A program made the translations under genes and the position numbers. A stretch of 64,000 bases of DNA. It comes from an uncultured delta proteobacterium. GTDB lineage: Bacteria > Desulfobacterota > Binatia > Binatales > Binataceae. Location: the NCBI GenBank assembly GCA_963842085.1, contig CAWJET010000002.1:416001-480000 (forward strand), read 5' to 3'. A model generated the notes under the pieces. That model was not told the origin of the DNA. It saw nothing but the letters and a program-made list of their open reading frames with translations, and ran no database searches. This document shows positions 58,368 to 64,000 of the stretch, in pieces (the stretch's first letter is position 1; each line of letters starts with the position of its first letter).

Positions 58368-59701
58368 CCAGCCGCACCATCTTCGCACGACGGCTCTGGT
58401 GGCAAATCTGCGCTGTCGCCGCCCTGGTACTGCTCGGTGGATGCGCCTACTCGCTGGTCAACGGCGACCGGATCAACCCGCAACAGGCGGCAAAGATCGA
58501 GGCCGGCATCCAGGACATCCGCCAGCTTCGCTTCAAGCAGCCGGTGCCGCTCGTCGTCAAGACCCCGGACCAGGCCGAGGCTATGATGGAGGCCGAGCTG
58601 ATGCGCGACTACACCGATAACCAGCTCGAGGTTGACACCGTCGCCGGCGCGCTCACCGGTCTCTATCCGACGGGGCTCGATCTCAAGGCGGCGTCGCTCA
58701 AGCTGCTCAAGAGCCAGGTCGCGGGCTTTTACGATCCGCATGGCAAGGAAATGGTACTGGTCGAGGGTGGCGCCGATCTTGGTCTCTGGAACAGCGCCGC
58801 GCAATTCATGATTCAGCGCGACGTCGTCGGCGAGATGCTGCTCGCGCACGAGCTGACGCACGCCCTTCAGGATCAGAACTTCGACCTCGAATCGAGCCTC
58901 GACAAGGTGAAGGACGACGACGATCGCGGGCTGGCGCTCAAGTCGGTCGCGGAAGGCGACGCGACCATCGCCGGATTCGCGTACGCGGTCGGCCGCATGG
59001 ACGACAGCACGGCGGACGCGCTCGCCGACAATCTCAAGCAGCTCCCGCAGGCTCTGGCAGCCGAAGCGCCTAACACGCCCGAAGGCCTCAGCGCGCCGCT
59101 CCTGTTCCAGTATTCCGACGGTGTCCGCTTCGTCGCCGAGGCTTACCACCGCGGTGGATGGCCTGCGGTTGACGCGCTCTATCGCCACCCTCCGCAGTCC
59201 AGCCACCAGATTCTGCATCCCGCGCTCTACTTCGACAACAGCGCGCCTCAGCCGCGCATCGAGCTCGCCGGCTACGACCGAATCATGCGCGGATGGAAAA
59301 AAGCCGACGATGACACTTACGGCGAACTGCTCATCCGCGTGATCCTGGAGCGCAATCTCGGCAAACAGTCCACCGAACTCGGCCTCGCCTCGCGATGGAC
59401 CGCGGATCGCATGATCATCCTGCAGCAGAGCCGCGGGGTGAATGTGATCTGGATGCTCGCGTTTAGCGACCAGCAAACCGCCAGCCACTTTGCCGTCGTG
59501 TATCAGACCCTGCTCGATCGCCTGCTCGGCGACTCCACTCCGCATCGCATCGATACCCGTTCGAACGCGGTGCTGGTCGTCATCGGACAGGGCGCGGATT
59601 ATTTCGACACGCTCGCGCCCGCCATCTGGAACGCAAGCACGATCGAATCCGGCGGCGTTACCGCGCGCATCGAGCCGTCCGCCAATTCATTGATTCAATA
59701 G
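58364..59701 (+). CDS. Lipoprotein with gluzincin-like metallopeptidase motif
   Basis: Lipobox LGGC, AGFYDP, HELTHALQDQ, EGDA. Confidence 0.8.
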   Translation: MTSRTIFARRLWWQICAVAALVLLGGCAYSLVNGDRINPQQAAKIEAGIQDIRQLRFKQPVPLVVKTPDQAEAMMEAELMRDYTDNQLEVDTVAGALTGLYPTGLDLKAASLKLLKSQVAGFYDPHGKEMVLVEGGADLGLWNSAAQFMIQRDVVGEMLLAHELTHALQDQNFDLESSLDKVKDDDDRGLALKSVAEGDATIAGFAYAVGRMDDSTADALADNLKQLPQALAAEAPNTPEGLSAPLLFQYSDGVRFVAEAYHRGGWPAVDALYRHPPQSSHQILHPALYFDNSAPQPRIELAGYDRIMRGWKKADDDTYGELLIRVILERNLGKQSTELGLASRWTADRMIILQQSRGVNVIWMLAFSDQQTASHFAVVYQTLLDRLLGDSTPHRIDTRSNAVLVVIGQGADYFDTLAPAIWNASTIESGGVTARIEPSANSLIQ

Positions 59702-59710
59702 GGCGGCGCC

Positions 59711-61879
59711 CTACCCTACATCGCCGAGACTGAAACCGAGCGCCAGCATTTTACGCACCGCCGCGCGCGCTCCCTCCGATTCCCGGCTGGCCAACGACGG
59801 ATCGCGCGCGATCCACTCGTCCGCCAGCTTGCGCGCGCGTTCGATCGAGCGATGGTCGCGAATCAGATGCACGAACCGCAGCGGCAGCGCCCCGGTCTGG
59901 CGCGCGCCGAGCAAGTCGCCCGGACCGCGCAACCGCAGATCGGCCTCCGCGACTTCCGCGCCGGTTGTGCGATCGCGCATGACGGCCAGGCGCTCCTGCG
60001 CGGCACTGTCCGCGGTGCTCGACGCCACCAGGCAGCAGCGCGAGGGTTTCTCACCGCGCCCGACCCTGCCGCGCAGTTGATGCAATTGCGCAAGCCCATA
60101 GCGCTCTGCTGCGACCACCACAATTATCGTCGCCTCCGGCACGTCGATTCCGACTTCGACCACGGTAGTGCAGACCAGCACGTCGAGCGCGCCGTCGCGA
60201 AATTCGCGCATTGCGCGATCTTTTTCCGCCGCGCCCATCCTGCCGTGCATCGTGCCGATTCTTGCGCCGCGCAATGCCCCCCGCTTGAGGCGCGCCGCCG
60301 TGGCGGACACCGACCTGGCTTCGTCTTCGTCGCCGTCGATGAACGGCACGACGTAGTACGCGCGCCCGCCGCTATCGATCTCGGCGCGCACGATGTCGTG
60401 CACGCGCGGGATGTCGTCCTCGGTGTAAATCTCGGTCGCGATCGGCGTGCGCCCTGCCGGCAGCTCGTCGAGAAACGAGACGTCGAGGTTCGCGAACAGG
60501 CTCATCGCCAGACTTCTCGGAATCGGCGTTGCCGTCATCATCAGCAGATTCGCCCTCGGCCCCAAGGCCTTCATCTTTGCGCGATCGAAAACGCCGAATC
60601 GATGCTGCTCGTCGATCACGCCGAGCGCGAGTCCGCGCATTCGCACCCGCTCCTGTATCAGCGCATGCGTTCCGAACACCGCCCCGATTTCCCCGCTCGC
60701 AAGCCCCCGCAAGATCTGGTTGCGCGCCGCACCCGTCACGCTGCCGGTGAGTAGCGCGTGCCTTGCTCCAAGCGGCCCGCACGCGCGCGCGAATCCTCTA
60801 TAGTGCTGCTCAGCGAGCAGCTCCGTCGGCGCCATCATCGCCGCCTGATATCCACATTCGATTGCGCGAATCATCGCCCAGAACGCGACAATCGTCTTGC
60901 CGCTGCCCACGTCGCCCATCAGCATCCGGTTCATCTGGTTAGGCTGCGCGAGATCGGCGCCGATTTCTTCAATCGCGCGCGATTGCGATCCGGTCAGCGC
61001 AAAGGGCAGCTCATCGGTCATCCGTGCGCTAAGGCTTTGTGAGCCATCGAGCGCGATTCCAGCGCGGCGCGTGCTGCGCAGGCGTTCAATCGACAGTGCC
61101 AGCTCGAACGCGAACAATTCATCGAAGGCGAGCGCAAGATGACCGCGCGATTCGCCGTTCACCAATGCGTCGAAGTCGGCGTCGGGCGGCGGATCGTGAA
61201 GGTACCGCAACGCCTGGGGAACCGACGGTATCTCGCCGCGCAATCTTTCCGGCAATGCGCCCTGAATCGTATCGCTCACCTGGGCCAGCGCGCGCGCCAC
61301 CAAACTCGCGAACAGGCGCTGCCCGACAATTGAAGGCAAACGGTAAACCGGTCGAATCGCCTTGGGCTCACCGTCCGACAGCCGATGGACCTCCGGCTGC
61401 ACGAGCTCGATTCCGCCATCGGCCCCTGCCGCAACTCGCCCGCGGACCAATACGCGCTCGCCGCCTGGAAGATAACCGCGCATGTAAGCAGGCAGGTTGA
61501 ACCACACAACCCGGAGCCGCCGGCCGCCAGCGTCAAGCCATCCCGAAGCGAGCCGCCGCCACCGCGAGCCGCGCATGGGCCGCTCGGAAATCCTGCCCAG
61601 GGCGCCTTCCACGACGACGACGCTCCCAATGCGCAGATCTTTCGCTGACGAGCGCTCGCGCCAATCCTGGTAACGCACGGGCAAATGGAACACGAGATCA
61701 GCTGCACTGGCGATCCCGCGCGCTTGCAGAGCCGCCGCCCGCTTTGGCCCAATACCCGCCATCGCAGCAACCGGGCTGTCAATCCCGATCGCCCCGCCAT
61801 CCGATCCCGCGCCGATTACTTTACGGGAGAGGTTAGGTGAGGGTTCCGGGCTCATCGATGTGGAGCGTTGCCCTTCCAA
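59711..61879 (-). CDS. recG: ATP-dependent DNA helicase RecG
   Basis: GDVGSGKT, DEQHRFG, TATPIPR, QLHQLRGRVGRG, DLRLRGPG. Confidence 0.96.
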   Translation of the reverse strand: MEGQRSTSMSPEPSPNLSRKVIGAGSDGGAIGIDSPVAAMAGIGPKRAAALQARGIASAADLVFHLPVRYQDWRERSSAKDLRIGSVVVVEGALGRISERPMRGSRWRRLASGWLDAGGRRLRVVWFNLPAYMRGYLPGGERVLVRGRVAAGADGGIELVQPEVHRLSDGEPKAIRPVYRLPSIVGQRLFASLVARALAQVSDTIQGALPERLRGEIPSVPQALRYLHDPPPDADFDALVNGESRGHLALAFDELFAFELALSIERLRSTRRAGIALDGSQSLSARMTDELPFALTGSQSRAIEEIGADLAQPNQMNRMLMGDVGSGKTIVAFWAMIRAIECGYQAAMMAPTELLAEQHYRGFARACGPLGARHALLTGSVTGAARNQILRGLASGEIGAVFGTHALIQERVRMRGLALGVIDEQHRFGVFDRAKMKALGPRANLLMMTATPIPRSLAMSLFANLDVSFLDELPAGRTPIATEIYTEDDIPRVHDIVRAEIDSGGRAYYVVPFIDGDEDEARSVSATAARLKRGALRGARIGTMHGRMGAAEKDRAMREFRDGALDVLVCTTVVEVGIDVPEATIIVVVAAERYGLAQLHQLRGRVGRGEKPSRCCLVASSTADSAAQERLAVMRDRTTGAEVAEADLRLRGPGDLLGARQTGALPLRFVHLIRDHRSIERARKLADEWIARDPSLASRESEGARAAVRKMLALGFSLGDVG

Positions 61880-61976
61880 ATGACCTCTCTTCGGCCGAAA
61901 GTCCTACCCTCTCCCCGGACAAGAAGAGATTAAGAGCCGGTGAAGTTGAGTGAATGCTCCGCGCGTGTGGGGGCCG

Positions 61977-64000
61977 CTACTCCCGATGATAATCCTGCAG
62001 CGCGCGCACCTCGAACGGTTGATGCTTCAGCGCGTAGATTCCCTCGACGGCAGCCTTCGCACCCGCCATCGTCGTGAAGTACGGCAGCCGAAGCTCCAGC
62101 GCCGTGCGCCGAATCGAGAACGAATCTTTCGTGCCGCTCGCGTCCGGCGTGTTGACGACCATCGCGACCCGCCCGTCCTTCATCGCGTCCACTATATGCG
62201 GGCTGCCTTCGAGCACCTTGTTGACGCGCTCGCACCTGAGCCCGAGATTTCGAATGTGAGTCGCGGTCCCGCGCGTCGCGATCAGCTCGAATCCCATCGC
62301 AACCAGCCCGCGCGCTATCGGCTCGAGGTAGCGCTTGTCTTCATCGCGGACGCTGATGAACACCAGCCCGGCGTCCGGCAGATTCGATGACGCCGCCAGC
62401 TCGGCCTTTGCAAACGCCATCGCAAAAGTCCTGTCGATGCCCATCACCTCGCCGGTCGATTTCATCTCCGGTCCCAGGATTGTGTCGACGCCCGGGAATC
62501 GCCCGAACGGAAACACCGACTCCTTGACCGCGACATGCGCCGGCACGCGCTCGGTCGTAAACCCGAGCTCGCTGAGCTTCTTCCCCGCCATTACAGTCGC
62601 CGCGTACTTGGCCAGCGGCACTCCGATCGCCTTGCTCACGAACGGAACCGTGCGCGACGCGCGTGGATTCACTTCCAGGATATAAACCTCGCCGCCATAA
62701 ATTGCGTACTGAATGTTAATCAGCCCGATCACGCCGAGTTCGCGCGCCAGCATCCTGGTCTGCGCGATCAGCTCCTGCTGCAGCGCGGCGCTCAGCGTCG
62801 TCGGCGGAAGCGCGCACGCGCTGTCACCCGAATGGATTCCGGCGTGCTCGACGTGCTCCATTATTCCGCCGACCACGACTGTGTCGCCGTCGGCGATCGC
62901 GTCCACATCGACTTCGATCGCGCCCTGCAGGTAGCGATCGATCAACAGCGGATGCCGCTCGGAGGCTTGCAGAGCCTGCGTCACGTATCGGCGCAGCTCC
63001 TCCTCGTTGGGAATCACTTCCATCGCGCGCCCGCCCAGCACGTACGACGGACGGATCAGCACTGGGTACCCAACCTTCGCCGCTCCCGCCACTGCGTCTT
63101 CGAGCCCGCGCGCGAGCACACCCTCGGGCTGCCTGAGCCCGAGTCGCGCGACCATCGCGTTAAATCGCTCGCGATCCTCCGCGCGATCGATCGCATCGGG
63201 ACTCGTCCCCAGTATCGGCACGCCCGCACGCGCCAGCGGCACCGCGAGCTTCAGCGGCGTCTGCCCGCCGAACTGCACGATCACGCCGACCGGCCGCTCG
63301 CGCTCGGCAATCGCCATCACGTCCTCGAACGTCAGCGGCTCGAAGTACAGGCGATCCGAGATGTCGTAATCGGTCGATACCGTCTCCGGGTTGCAGTTCA
63401 CCATGATCGTTTCGAAGCCGGCGTCCTTGAGCGCGATGCTCGCGTGGACGCAGCAGTAGTCGAACTCGATCCCCTGCCCTATCCGGTTCGGGCCGCCGCC
63501 CAGTATGATCACTTTCTTGCGTGCGGTCGGCGGCGCCTCGTCCTCTCCCTCGTAAGTCGAGTAGAGGTAAGGCGTGAACGCTTCGAACTCCGCGCCACAG
63601 GTGTCCACTGATTTGAAAACCGGTGTCACTCCCGCCTCGCGCCGCGCCGACGCCACGGCAGGTTCATCGATCCCGCGCAGCTCCGCGATTCGTCGATCGG
63701 AAAATCCCATCGGCTTGAACTCGCGGAAGTACGCCGTGCCAAGCGGCTCGCGCGCGACGCGCTTTTCCTCCTCGACCAGCTTTGCGACCGCGTCGATAAA
63801 CCACCGATCGATTTTGCTCAGCGCGTAAACTTCCGCCGGCGTGATCCCCAGCCGCAACGCGTCCGCCAGATGGTACAGCCGATGGCTGCTCGCGGTTGCA
63901 ACCTGCGCGCGAATCCGCGCCGCGTGAGCGCTCGACGGCTCTGCGAGCCCGCTCTCAAGCCCATGCGATCCGATTTCGAGCGAGCGCAGCGCCTTCTGCA
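61977..64000 (-). CDS. carB: Carbamoyl-phosphate synthase large chain (partial; start lies beyond the window)
   Basis: GGPNRIGQGIEFDY, NCNPETVSTD, RPSYVLGG, HSGDS, EVNPRASRT, MGS domain. Confidence 0.97.
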   Translation of the reverse strand, partial: QKALRSLEIGSHGLESGLAEPSSAHAARIRAQVATASSHRLYHLADALRLGITPAEVYALSKIDRWFIDAVAKLVEEEKRVAREPLGTAYFREFKPMGFSDRRIAELRGIDEPAVASARREAGVTPVFKSVDTCGAEFEAFTPYLYSTYEGEDEAPPTARKKVIILGGGPNRIGQGIEFDYCCVHASIALKDAGFETIMVNCNPETVSTDYDISDRLYFEPLTFEDVMAIAERERPVGVIVQFGGQTPLKLAVPLARAGVPILGTSPDAIDRAEDRERFNAMVARLGLRQPEGVLARGLEDAVAGAAKVGYPVLIRPSYVLGGRAMEVIPNEEELRRYVTQALQASERHPLLIDRYLQGAIEVDVDAIADGDTVVVGGIMEHVEHAGIHSGDSACALPPTTLSAALQQELIAQTRMLARELGVIGLINIQYAIYGGEVYILEVNPRASRTVPFVSKAIGVPLAKYAATVMAGKKLSELGFTTERVPAHVAVKESVFPFGRFPGVDTILGPEMKSTGEVMGIDRTFAMAFAKAELAASSNLPDAGLVFISVRDEDKRYLEPIARGLVAMGFELIATRGTATHIRNLGLRCERVNKVLEGSPHIVDAMKDGRVAMVVNTPDASGTKDSFSIRRTALELRLPYFTTMAGAKAAVEGIYALKHQPFEVRALQDYHRE

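Overview
High-GC bacterial chromosome segment, mostly housekeeping genes. Gene content and order suggest a deltaproteobacteria-related lineage such as Binatota, which is an inference only. It carries tRNA-Arg(CCG), tRNA-Leu(CAG), an aminotransferase-hom-thrC-apgM-glpX operon, hisS-aspS, ald, gcvH, valS-nadC-birA, an EF-G paralog, a MoxR/VWA pair, dgt, rlpA, recG and a partial carB. Main observations: (1) An NtrY-type histidine kinase is followed by one ORF that fuses an intact receiver domain to a catalytically intact LpxC, a candidate phosphorylation-controlled entry enzyme of lipid A synthesis. (2) A 28-bp XerCD dif-like site (55575-55602) has converging KOPS-like octamers, so this looks like the replication terminus; the site apparently lies inside the 5' coding part of a DsbA-family gene and only 6.3 kb from a near-consensus parS palindrome. 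(3) A promoter-hairpin-terminator unit of about 125 nt at 6.4-6.6 kb looks like an unannotated sRNA or attenuator. (4) An integrase-free 3-kb accessory patch upstream of tRNA-Leu is bounded by 59-bp promoter-containing direct repeats and holds a DUF4145-like gene, microproteins and a frameshifted lipoprotein. Several REP/MITE-like palindromes are present. No CRISPR array, rRNA, transposase or integrase was seen. All calls come from motif recognition by eye; no database searches were run.
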